Source of the DNA: Rhynchobatus australiae
Lineage: Eukaryota
NCBI GenBank assembly: GCA_034780895.1
Contig: JAUZTB010000094.1
Span: 9,645,524 to 9,709,523 of the forward strand
Direction of reading: 5' to 3'
DNA: 64,000 nt
Part shown: in pieces, positions 36,670 to 48,707 of the stretch
Layout: every line of letters starts with the position of its first letter
Numbering within the stretch: the stretch's first letter is position 1
Position numbers and translations under genes: made by a program
Notes under the pieces: generated by a model
The model's database searches: none
What the model was told of the DNA's origin: nothing
The model's input: only the letters and a program-made list of their open reading frames with translations

Positions 36670-36930
36670 AATCAACAGAGGAACACTTGAAACTGAAATC
36701 TTTTTTAGTAGGAGCTTTCACTGCCTCATGTAGAGGGCTGTTGGAACATGGAATGCTTTACCAGAGGGAATGGCTGAAGCTGAGGCCACTTTTAAAGGAC
36801 AAGTGGTTAAATATTTGAAGCAGAGAAGGATCCAGGGCAGTTGGGGGAAAGCAGGGAAGTGGAATTAGTTATAGATTGTAAACAGCAGGCAAAGACACAA
36901 TAGTCCACATGGCCTTTCAATGCCTGATCC
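36670..36930 (+). mobile_element. CR1 LINE 3' fragment
   Basis: tggaatgctttaccagagggaatggctgaagc...ttttaaagga. Confidence 0.5.
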
Positions 36931-37019
36931 TATTTGACTCTAACATCTGATGTCACACAAAGATCCAATAAACATATTAAATATCTTGAATATTATATTT
37001 TTCATGGGTAAATACTATA

Positions 37020-37930
37020 ACTGTTAATGACTGGGTGTGAGTCCAACCCTCTATGACTGGTAATAACTGGATACATGCCCATTTGCCGATGTGTGTCATA
37101 ATAACAGGACACATGCCAATCCTGTGTGACTGGTAGTACTTGGTACACACCCACCCTTACTGTGACTGGTAATAACTGGTACACACCCATCTCACTGTGA
37201 ATGGTAAGAACTGTACAGGCCCATTCTCCTTTGACAGGTGCACACAGGTACACACAAATCTCACTGTGACTGGTAATAACTGGTAAATGCCCAACTCTCT
37301 CTATGAATGGTAATGACTGGTACACACCCATCCCTTTCTGTGACTGGTAATAACTGGGATCATGCCCATATCACTGTGATTGGTAGTAACTGGTACATGC
37401 CCGTCACTCTCGGACTGGTAATAACTAGGTACATGCAAATCTCACTGTGACTGGAAATAATTGTACACGCCCATCTCTGAGCCACTGATAATAACTGTAC
37501 ACACCCATCTTTCCATGACTGGTACTAACTGGTACCCATTCCTCTCTGTCTCTAGTAATAACTGGGTAAATACCAATCGCTTTGTGACTGGTACTAAGTG
37601 GNNNNNNNNNNNNNNNNNNNNNNNNNNNNNNNNNNNNNNNNNNNNNNNNNNNNNNNNNNNNNNNNACGTCTATCTCTCTGTGACTGACAATAACAGTGTA
37701 CACACCCATCCCTCTGTGACTAGTCATAACAGGGTACACACCAATCTCTCTGTCAGTCTCTGGTATTAATAGGTATATGCCCATTTCTCTGACTGAAAAC
37801 AATAGGTACATGCACAACTCTCTCTGGGACTGGTAGTAACTGGGTACATGCCCATTCCTTTCTGACCTATAATAACTGGTACACACCCATCTATATGGAA
37901 CTGGTAATAACTGTGCGCATGTCCATTTCC
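37020..37930. repeat. Minisatellite, ~36-38 bp unit, more than 20 diverged copies
   Basis: Unit approx. ctctgtgactggtaataactggtacacacccatct, repeated head to tail. Confidence 0.92.
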
Positions 37931-37975
37931 CTGAGTCTGAGCATAAATAGCCTGAATGTGAACTGTTTCCTTGCT

Positions 37976-38001
37976 TTGGCATTGGCATTGGCATTGGCAT
38001 T
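37976..38001. repeat. (TTGGCA)n hexamer microsatellite
   Basis: ttggcattggcattggcattggcatt. Confidence 0.85.
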
Positions 38002-39032
38002 ACCATAATATAATACATATTTATAAAAGTGAACTCAACAGATATCACAGTTCAATTCAGTGCAGTGAAGCAAAAGAACTGGAATATTTAAGAAAATCAA
38101 AAAATAACGTTAACAATATTTGTAGAAGATTTAATTTGTCAATGAATAAAACTATTTATCTATTACCTCTTAATCTTCTGTTTTAGTATTGCCCTTAATC
38201 GTTTATAGTAGGTTACTAAGTATCTGGCAGCTTTTAGTCACTTCTCATCTTTTCTCTCATTTTATCGACTTTGTTGACAGCTCCTAACTTCATAGATTTG
38301 CCCTTCTTATCACACTTTCACACAGTAACAGGAGTTCTGTGGGCAACTGCTGTCCTTTGGTTGGAAGGAACAAGGATGCAACATTATGTTTGCTTACATT
38401 CAATATTTAGGTGTTTAAGCATTTGAATTGAGGGGGCGAGTTGTGCAATATGTTAGTTGATTATCTTTGTCTTGGAGATTAGATTTCCACCACCCTGAGG
38501 ACAGGAAAATGCTTCACTTCTGTGGAAGGTCAGGGACCTCCATAATATGAGTTTCAGACATTCTTGGAGCATTGCATAGAATTATTTAGAAACAACAACA
38601 TGGAAACAGGTTACTGGTCTAACCAATCCATCTTGGTCTTCAGCCTTCATATGATTAGTAATTTTAATCCCACGTGCCTTTCCTATCTCCATAATACCCT
38701 ACCCTTCAACTACCTGGCTAGTCAATTCTTAACTGTTGAGAGGGTCTCAGCTACAATCACCAAGTGTGGCATTTGAAACACAGACCAATGAAAATTCTGT
38801 TCTATTCAGATTTTAAGTGTTATTTGGCTCTAACCTCACCCAGGTCCACTGCAGGCTGCATTTCTGAAATTAGGATTCGGGAAGATCAATGGGATAGAGG
38901 GAACTCTAGTTTGTAAACAATGTTATTCCTGATCTTCAGTGAAATGTCATTTGGAGCACTTACATTTTTGAATTTATTTATGAGTAACTTACTAATCCTC
39001 TTCAGTGTTAATGTACAAATTATTCACCATAC

Positions 39033-39304
<272 letters not shown>

Positions 39305-39791
39305 TTACAAATCAGAGTGTACTTGATGCACTATTTTTTTCATTTATATAAGTCTGGAAATGACTGATGGTGTCGCTGTTATCATCCCTCTCCTGGTGAT
39401 ATGTTGGCATTGATAATTTCAGGAGTCTGATGATACAACACACAACCAGTCTTTGTAGCTGGGCTGAGATGGCTACTCAGTGTTACAGCAGTGAACTTGT
39501 GAGTAAACCTGGTTAAAATCCACAAAGTTGATTCTTAAATTCTACACATCATTTGTCGAGGCAGCCATTTCACACATAAAGTGTGTTCCCACCCCTATTT
39601 CATTTTACTGAGTTGCTACAGAACAGAGGTACAACTGCAGCTGTTTAGGGCAGCATATATATTGGAACCAGTACATCACCTGAACTTAATTAGCTGACGA
39701 GGACCAGTCTGGGATGCAAGATAGCCCACAAGAAGAAAATCATTCTGGGTTCCCAACCTTGGCACAATAACCCAGAAATAATTGAAAATCA

Positions 39792-40490
39792 CTGACAGAG
39801 CTGTCTGAGGGTCAGCTGGAAGGCTAAGACACAGCCAATATCATCTCCTCAATGAACACTTTTGGAATCAGGCAACTATCCTGTTATACTGTTAGTTACC
39901 ATAAAAGTGTCCAAGGTCATCAAACTTTTATGTGTTTTGGTCCTTCTAGTCAAGGCCTGGGAATAGCTGAAGGTCAAGCTTATTTGTTGATGTAGCCACA
40001 GCACATCAACAAACACGCATTATTCAACAGAGTTAGCCACTCATTACTTTGGCTATGACCAACACCAGCAATGCAACAAAGCATCAGAATTCTACACATC
40101 TGCTGGATTTCCAAGAACTCAAGAGTCAGTGATGAAAGGGATTTTATTCCATCAGAGTTCAGCTGGTGTGCAGCCCCAGCACCGAGTGACGCAGGTGAAC
40201 ACTTGGCTCCTCAGCAACTGTCAAGACATCTTCACTTTAAGGCAATCACCTGTGCCATCTTTACTTGATGTGGAAGGAGGAAAAAAAGGATGGCTCCTGG
40301 GAAACCAAGAGAACTCTCTGCAGCTAAGGTTCATGACATCCATGCACTAATATATACAACAGTGGAGTCACAGGTACAATGAAGGCACTGCTACAAGCCA
40401 GGGTACTTACAGAAAATACTATTTTAAGGGATCGTAAAGTGGTGTTTCAAATATCTTAGCTGATCAGGTGATACCTTATAATATCTCATG
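39792..40490 (+). pseudogene. Decayed PIF/Harbinger (HARBI1-like) DDE transposase
   Basis: Collinear frameshifted motifs: VTIKVS..NFYVFWSF* (~39895-39950), AGFPRTQ (40102), KGFYSIRVQLVC (40136-40171), QVN..SNCQDIFTLRQSPVP, GWLLGN (40288-40305), FMTS, RYNE (40372), KWCFKYLS*SGDTL*Y (~40440-40485); these follow the order of the Harbinger consensus NFYASGSFQ / GFP / KGFHSLNVQLVC / GSxHDxFIL / GWLLGD / LMTP / RYN / KxRFRCLDRSGGxLQY. Confidence 0.8.
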
Positions 40491-40519
40491 AATAACCAAA
40501 AATACTACGTGACTTTGCT

Positions 40520-40850
40520 GTCAGCTTGGCTCAGATGATAACATTCTGTTTTCTGAATCAGAAGATCATGTCTATAAACAGCACTTGTTTATAGCCTATT
40601 CTGGTGGATGCAAAAGATCCATTCAATGAAAAGCATGGAGTTCTGGTTTCTTAGCCAATATTAATTCCAACCAACCAGTTCAAGAGCAGATTAAGTGATC
40701 ATAATTCTTGTTTGCCGCTTGTGCGATCATGCTGTACGCAAAATTGCCTGCCGCATTTGGTTATAAAACAACAGTGAGTCCATCTTAGAAATAATTTATT
40801 AGCAATGAAACAATTGGGGACATGGAAGAGGAGCAACATAAATGCAAGTT
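40520..40850 (+). mobile_element. DeuSINE/SacSINE1-like SINE inserted at the 3' end of the Harbinger transposase relic
   Basis: tRNA-like head cttggctcagatgata, core ggatgcaaaagatcc...ggagttct, tail gctgtacgcaaaattgcctgccgcattt...ataaatgcaagtt. Confidence 0.65.
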
Positions 40851-42032
40851 TCTTTTTCTTGCTCTGCATGGAAGAACAGAATGTCAAAGCCATGGTAATA
40901 CAGCAATCTAAGACGCAGCCACAGAACTAGCTGGGCAGGAAGGAAGCCTGGTGTATAAACATGAATTCAAGATGTCTTTCAGTAAGTACCGGTATTGTTC
41001 CATGTAATAAAAAATTAGCATCCACATATATTAGTGAAGCATCGCTAAACCAGCTGCAGTTGTACTCTCCAGTACTCAAATATCATCTACTCCCAACCAG
41101 AATCCTGGATCATGTTTAACTTTAACTAAAGACAAATAAACACACAGCAGAATGTACAAATTAAATCCAGTGATTTTATTCCAACCATTATGTTATTGTG
41201 AAAATTGTACTTTATGCCTGGAGTTTGTTGGGGTAGAACACCTGGCCTACCTCATCTCCTCCTCATTGATTCCCTCTTGAAAGGAGTACACGTATGGTCT
41301 GGTGGTGAGTTCCATAGTCAGGCTGTTGGAATTGCAGTGGCATAGTGTGCCCTCCATGTGGCATGGACTCCAGAAGCTTGGTCTTGGTCTCAGTCATGTT
41401 TACGACTGCTTCTTATCTACTTTCTGGCATAGCTACTGTTACTCATGTTGAATCAATATGACCCAATCATCTCTTTAACTGCTACCTGCCCATTTGCATT
41501 CTCTCAATGTCCACTAATGTGAGAATAGAATTCAGGCATCTTTAAAATCTGCAAATCCTTTAAGATTGCCTGTATTCAATCTCCATGTTAACTGAAGGTG
41601 GTAAAAGAGCATCTTTAAGGATTGAGCCTCAGATCTCTAAAGTGGTAGTAAGCACATTCATGAGAAATGTCACAAATGTGCCTATAGTCTGCACCCTGGG
41701 GCTACCACTGTAGGTCCATTGGAGTTACCACACTATGTAAAACTCCAGCGTAACCAACCATTCATGCATAACTGCACAGGTCTAGGTAGTGTACTCCTCC
41801 ACAATCCTTTCAAGATTTTGCAATGAATGTTTCCTGTACATAAATAATTCCGGTGGATGATTTGCTCAGACAAGCATGTCTGCATTTAAGCAGATCCTAT
41901 GAGGTCAATATCCTCAGATATTGCATCAGAGCCAGTAACCATGCTGGGCTTTTGCTCAGTAGATGATTAATGCGCCCTCTTGCTCCTCCTCATCCGTGAA
42001 CTGCGCTTACGCATCCGTGAACTGCGACTTAC

Positions 42033-43066
42033 CCTGAAGTTCCTCCTAAACCTCACTATCTATGTCCTTTGAAGTGTGTAGCTGTACTTAGTGTTTGGCA
42101 TAGTGATTGTGATACAAAGTGCTGTGATTGTGGCCCTTCTTGCAGATACTGCTACACTGCTGTTTTTCCATTTCTGTGAAAAGAGAAAATAATGTGTCAT
42201 TCCATGGTATTACCTGCACTGTTACTTAGGTCAGCATGTGCCTGGTTGACAGTTATTTAACAGAACAAAATGATACAACAAAAACATTATAATACTAGCC
42301 ATGAACTCGTTGGGAGCTTCCAGCTTTGTCGTCCCCCACTCCCTCTATACTCTCCCTGTATATTATTTCCAAAGTGTCGCTCTCGAATAGGGTAGGGGGC
42401 TTGAATTGGCTGGGTCCAATGCAGCATTGTTCTCACTGATTGAAGGCCATCTTGTCCTGCAAGTAGAAGAACAGTATTGGTATATTGAATGCACCCAGAG
42501 CACTGACAGTTGCACATGCAGTTGCACAGTTCCTGTGGCGTACGAGATGTTTTCATTGAATGGGTATCACCCTGCTAGATTCACTTCCAAACAGTCATTG
42601 TCTACATCCCCTTTTGGAAATGTTGTATACACAGATTTGCATCAGCACTTCATAACTTATATCTAGATGTCCCCATTCATGCTAACCATTCATTGCCCTT
42701 GTATCTCATGGCAGTGCTGGACAAGTGAACTTCCTCATACCAGTTTTCAGAGAGAAGCAGGAAAGAATGAGAAGTTTGCCAGGGTTGACTTTCTTGCATG
42801 TCCACTTATGGCAGGTGCATATTAATATTATTGACTTACCTTAGCTGATTTCTTGAGATCTCTCATCTTCTTCCTAATATCTTGCCAGGTTCGGCGAGTT
42901 CTGGAAACAGCATTTACATACTCCACGATTTCTTTCCATACCTGCTGAACCAGGTTTCTCTGAGAAGGAGCGGCCCTCCATGCAGTATATGCTCGCTCAC
43001 TTCTTTAATTAAAGCCTTTAGCGCTTTGTTGTCAAAATGGTACTTCCTGTGTCTGGTACACTCCAT
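42033..43066 (-). pseudogene. Decayed spliced Myb/SANT-like (NAIF1/MSANTD-type) Harbinger accessory gene
   Basis: Exon 1 43066-42840: MECTRHRKYHFDNKALKALIKEV..(frameshift)..QVWKEIVEYVNAVSRTRRTWQDIRKKMRDLKKSAK|gtaagt. Exon 2 42456-42300: cttgcag|DKMAFNQ*EQ...FESDTLEIIYRESIEGVGDDKAGSS. Exon 3 from 42173 after ttttcacag. Phases are compatible (0, then 1). Confidence 0.8.
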
Positions 43067-43149
43067 TGTCCGAGGAAAATTGCTGTGGAAATAGCTGCAC
43101 TGGGCTGACACGCGCAAGATCAATGCTTTAAGCCGCTGCTTAGCGCTCA

Positions 43150-43320
43150 ACCTACACCACCAAAAACAGGTTAACTGATCATTCATATCATTTGCTGTTT
43201 GCAAATTTGCTGTCGCATTTTGCAACATAACAACAATCACATCAGTTCAGAAATAATCTGTTGCATCTTTAGCGCTTTTGAAATGTTTCTGCAAGACATG
43301 GTAAAGCACTATACAAACCT
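43150..43320 (+). mobile_element. DeuSINE-like 3' fragment
   Basis: aaaacaggttaactgatcattcatatcatttgctgtttg...agcgcttttgaaatgtttc...gcactata. Confidence 0.55.
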
Positions 43321-43709
43321 CTCTTTAAACAAAATGCCATCATCTTGATTGATGCTGTGCTTTCATTGAATGCTGCATTTTGCGATCATTATAGCGCATT
43401 ATAAAAATTCAGCCAGATAGTGCATTACAACCCTTACAGCTCTTACGAAATCCTCTGCGATCTGCTGTTAAACTTTTATGTGTGCAAAAACAATAATTGC
43501 TTGCCTTTAAACTGCACCTCTAAATGACAAATAGGTACAGCCCTTGACTAGTTTCTGATATATTATGGCGTACTGAAGCTAGTTTTATGAAAATTTCCTT
43601 GCACACTTTAGCAGAATATATATATTACATTTAACAGTACATCTTAAATATCACAACAGTTTTCAAAATTTGTCTTGGATCAGTATCTTGAAAATGTTTA
43701 AGGCACCGC

Positions 43710-44000
43710 AGAATGTGATCCAATAACTTCTATGACCCAGCACTCTATATTATCCAGTTCCTAATATAACCAAGTACTCAATGTGATTCAGTGCTCAATG
43801 GGCTCCAATACCCAACATGCTCCAGTACTCGTGTGATCCAGTGTTCAATAATGACCCAATATACAATGTAATCCAGTTCATTATGTGGCTCAGAGCAAGT
43901 TGAGATCAGGTGCACAATGTGATCCAGTGCACAGTATAATCAAATACACAATGTAAATCAGTACCTCTCAGTTTTGCGAGCTTGACATATTGTGACCTAC
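43710..44000. repeat. Degenerate tandem repeat, ~17-18 bp unit
   Basis: caatgtgatccagt(a/g)c(t/a) recurring. Confidence 0.75.
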
Positions 44001-44009
44001 TATGGCACT

Positions 44010-46600
44010 GTTCCCAATACTATATGTTTTACAGGATTGGTCCCCATTTGTATAAGATACAGGGCTGGCCCTACCTTTCCTTTGGATTCTTCAGGGATGA
44101 ATCCTATTCTGTACATGGTACAGAGTTGCCTTGACTATTTGTACACACTACCAGATTGGTCCTAAATATATAAAATCTTACACTGTACACAGCACCGGAT
44201 TAGTTCTTTTACTGTGTACACTGAAGGACTGGCCCCTATTCTACATGTGTTTAGACTGTTTCCTATACATTTTAAGTTGTTTGCAATATGTAGGTTCCAC
44301 AGGAAATTCCTCTGTACAGTCCATTTTACAGGACAGATATACAGTCCATTCTATAGGACATCTAAAGGTCTACACATCCTACAGGGCTGGTTCTCAAACA
44401 GTACAATCTGCAGGGCTGTTCTAATATAATAAACATCCTAGATGCTGGTACTATACAGGACTGGCTTCTTTATATTCTGTGCATATGTTCATACCATGGG
44501 TGATCTCTATACTGTACATATTAGAGGACTGGAGCCTATACATTCTGCGAGACTGGTCTCTATGAGACATACCTACAATACTGGTTCAGGACTGGTCACT
44601 ATACTGTGCATCAACAAGAAAGGTGCCCAGAATGCACATTCTTTGGGGCTGGACTCTGTAATGTAAATACTGCAAGCCTGGTCTTTATATATTAGAGTCT
44701 ATATGACTGCTCACAAGTTTTGTGCATTCTATGGGTCTTATCCCTGCACTGTGCATACTATGGACCCATTCCCCATGCTGTCAATTCTGCAGGGCTAGCC
44801 TCTATACTGCTCATGCTACAGAATTGGTCCCTACACTGCACATTCTGTACTGTGTACCTTTCAGGGCTGGTCCCTAGACTTTACATATTACAAAACTGGT
44901 CCATATACTATACATCTTATGGGGCTAGTCTCTGTATTGTACATGCAATTCTGGTCCCATACTGTACATCGTACTGTGTCGGTGTTTATCCTGTACATAC
45001 CATGGAATTTGTCTCTGTGCTGCATATTCTAATCTACAGGGCCTGTCTACATTCTGGACATTCTGGAGGATTAGTCTCCAGACTATATATTTTACAGACC
45101 TAATTTCCATACTGTTTATTCCACAATCTTGGTCTATAAACAGTACTTTTAACATGACCAGTTCCTATTATCTACATTCTATGAGGCCAGTCTTTATATT
45201 TTGCATACTGCAGAATTGCTTCCTTTACTATATATAACACACACCTGATCTCTGTACTATAAATGCTAATGATTGGTCCCTAAACTACACATTATGTACA
45301 CATTATACAGCAGGGATAATGTATATTATTCAGTTCTGATCCCTACACTTTATATCATACCCGGCTGGTTACTATATAGTACATACTGCAGAACTAATCC
45401 TTATGCTGGTCATTGTGCATGGCTGGTCGCTTTACTATACAACATAACGGTCCCAACACCATATGTTCAAAAAAGTTGTTCTCTATACTGTACTTGCTAC
45501 AGGTCTGGTCCCTATACTGCATCTTCTGTGGGACTCATCTCTGTAGGGACACGCTACAGATCTGGTTCCTACATTGTATATTCTACAAGGCTGGTTTCTA
45601 CACTACATATTGCAAGACTAGTCCCTAAGTCACACATTTTACATGGCCAGTCCTTCTGCTATACATTATAAAGGTGATGTCCCTGTACAATACATTCTAA
45701 GGCACTGGTCTCTGTAATGTACAGACAAGTCCATTCACTATACTGTACATATTACAGTGTAGGTCTCTGTACTGAACTTACTACAGGACTGGTCTCCATA
45801 ATGAATATTTTATGGGGCTCATCTCTACATTGTTCATACTATAGGCCTACAGGATTGGTACTTGTACAGAACATACTTCAGCACCAATCTCCATAATGCA
45901 CTTTCAACATGGCTGGTCCATCTAATGTATGTTATAAAGGACTTGTTTCTGTACCATATATTCTTAGAGTCTGATCATCCCTTTACTGCACATTCTACAG
46001 AATAGATCTATGTGCTGTACTTAATATAGTCCTGGTCCCTATACTAAACATGCTATGGTGCTTATCCCTATACTGTACAATTTATGATGCTGGGCTCTAT
46101 ACTGTAAATTTTACAGGACTTGTCTCTGTACTATGTATCCTACAGGCCTGGTCTCTATACGGCAATTTTGAAAGACTTTATCATCTTACACTCTATAGTT
46201 CTGGTCTATAAACAGTTCGTTCTGCAGAAATGAGTCCCTTTTCTGTATATTCTACTAAGCTGCGTTTTGTACTGTTCATACTACAAGACTGGTCTGTATG
46301 ATGTATGTTTTACAATATTGCTCCTTGTACTGTACATTTTATAGGTCTACATGTACATGTAAGACACCCTATTCTACAGACATTATCTCTATCCTGTACA
46401 TACTGCAGGACTGATCCCTGCACTATACACTCTGTCTCACTATATGACCCTGATACCATACATTCTATAGGCATGGCCTCTGTACTGAAAACTGCACAGG
46501 ATAGGCTTCTATATACTCTACAGAGCAGGTTCTTCTCATGTACTTACTATGGGACTGGTCCCTATACTGCATTTTCTATGGCCCTGTGTTCTCTATATCA
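44010..46600. repeat. Large degenerate minisatellite, ~30 bp unit
   Basis: Unit approx. ggactggtc(c/t)ctatactgtacat(a/t)ctaca over ~2.6 kb. Confidence 0.9.
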
Positions 46601-46885
46601 TTTGGATAGTCTCTCCTTTTTAACATTACTGAATGTCTTGTCATTTTACAGTATATATTATTTCATGCTTCATTTTGTTTTTATAATTAATTAGTGGGTG
46701 ATGAATTGAGCCAAAGATGCTCTGGATCTTTCGAGTATGGACATTGTTGGATTTGATTAGTTTTGACTATCACTGAGAGCACAACACAACCCAACATTAA
46801 GTGAATCATTTTTCTCAGTGAAGTTGGGACTAACTACACAGAAGGTGAAAGGAAGCAGTTTTATGTAATGTTGTGCTATACTTAC

Positions 46886-46993
46886 AGAAGGACCAGGGAG
46901 ACCTGGGAAACCTCTTTCTCCACGCTGACCAGGAAGACCTACAATACCACGCTGACCAGACAGACCTTGTGGACCTGAAGGACCATCAGGACC
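46886..46993 (-). CDS. COL2A1: COL2A1 exon 43 equivalent (collagenase site)
   Basis: AG/GT, 108 bp; [36 protein letters not shown]. Confidence 0.96.
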
Positions 46994-47054
46994 CTACCAA
47001 AGAATAAAAGACAACAACACTTAATATGCATGGTTTATTCCATATTTCCTTATG

Positions 47055-47366
47055 ACAGAGAAAGAGGCTATTCAGCCCTTTGTTTATGCCAGCCCTCACA
47101 GCAATCCCATTCCCCCACTGATTTTTTTCATAACTTATTTTTGCAACATTCCCATGAACTTCCCTCCCCAGATTCCACCACCTACATATGCTAGGGGCAA
47201 TTTACAGCATCCAATTAACCAATCCACACCAGAGCACCTGGTGGAAACCCACGTGGTCACATGTAGAACGTGCAAACTTCACACAGACAGAACCAGAGGT
47301 CAGGATCGAACCTGGGTCACTGGAGCTGTGAGGTAGCAGCTCTATCACTTGCACCACTGTGTAGCC
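47055..47366 (-). mobile_element. HE1/V-SINE-like SINE
   Basis: ggaaacccacgtggtcaca...aacgtgcaaac...caggatcgaacctgggtcactggagctgtgagg. Confidence 0.8.
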
Positions 47367-47480
47367 ATTTACACTATGCAATTATTAAAACAAGAGAATA
47401 AAATGAAACAAAACACTGACATAAATGTAAAATAAAGCAGGCATTTGTCAGTGTTTTATTTTCTCTTATTCTATACTTAC

Positions 47481-47642
47481 AGGAGGACCATCTTCTCCAG
47501 GTTCTCCTTTCTCACCAGGAGCACCAGCAGGGCCTTGAAGACCAGGGTCACCAGCGCGCCCAGCTTGGCCAGGATCACCACGCAGACCTTTAGGACCATC
47601 TTTACCAGGAGCACCAGGAGGACCCACTGGGCCAGGGTTGCC
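47481..47642 (-). CDS. COL2A1: COL2A1 exon 42 equivalent
   Basis: AG/GT, 162 bp; [54 protein letters not shown]. Confidence 0.96.
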
Positions 47643-48653
47643 CTACATTAAGAGAAGCAGGAATTAACAAAAGAAATTTAACATCAAGAATGGTGGGGAT
47701 AAAGTAAAAGAATTTCAACTGAGCCTTCAATTACATCAAAAATGTTGCAATGTGCCTTTCAACACTGGCTGATTTACTGAATTGCTGTAAAACATATTGA
47801 TTTAAAATGAGTCCTTCAGTGCACTTAATTTCATATCCATTTTTTTCTGAATTTACGCTACGATGAGAATAGGAATTCTATATTTGTGTTCCAATTAAAC
47901 TTTCTCCAGCTAATCCCTGTTTATCTGTCAAAATATTTGCAAGACAAAGCAGTATGTGATACACTGGATAGGCCTACCACCAATCTATTCTCATCTAGCC
48001 TCACAGCCCAAAAGTTATTAAAATTAATTTCTGACATCTAAATTGTACACATCTTCGATCCTCTGTCAAAGGCAGTAGTTCACTACACAGCCAATCAAAT
48101 ATGGCTGGTTCTCGATTATCTGCCAAGTTCCATTCTCTACTAGGGTTGGGATTGTGAGTTGTCCCCTCCATCTTGCTGATAACTACATTCAATCATGTCG
48201 TAGAATCATTTTTTCTGACTTCTGGAAAGAGGAATGATTTCATACTCCATCATTTACACCCCAATTTCATGAAGTAGCTGCAAATTAATTGCATATCTGG
48301 CTGTGTTAAAATATTGATTATTGTTCCATTGCATACACATAGAAGTTCCCAATCTTTATTTGGGATCATAGGCAGTTTAGTCTGGGCTAGCAACCTTGGA
48401 AAGTATCATAGCCAAGCTTGTTGCTGATCTTTATTTCATATCCTTACACCTATATACCAGTAGGTGTCACTGGTGAGCAAAGAACAATCCTGACCACCCG
48501 CACGTTCCACAACGACCCAAGCACTGAGCCCAAATGCCATTACAATCTTTTTTTAAAAATCAGTCACGTGCTTCTTTTGTTCTATCACTTATTTCCCAAG
48601 GATAATTTGTATCCATATATTCAAAAGAAAAGTCAATCCTGAGTGTCACTTAC

Positions 48654-48707
48654 ATTAGGACCAGGAGGGCCAACTCGACCAGCAGCACCAGGGAAACCAG
48701 TTGCACC
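48654..48707 (-). CDS. COL2A1: COL2A1 exon 41 equivalent
   Basis: AG/GT, 54 bp; GATGFPGAAGRVGPPGPN. Confidence 0.96.

Noticed and set aside
37020-37930. CRISPR-like array (~37-bp periodicity)
   Set aside because: Units are contiguous and mutually homologous with no unique spacers; no cas genes; vertebrate intron. It is a minisatellite.
44131-46694. Cluster of Tyr/Cys/Thr-rich ORFs
   Set aside because: By-products of the ~30-bp tandem repeat; no splice structure or recognisable domain.
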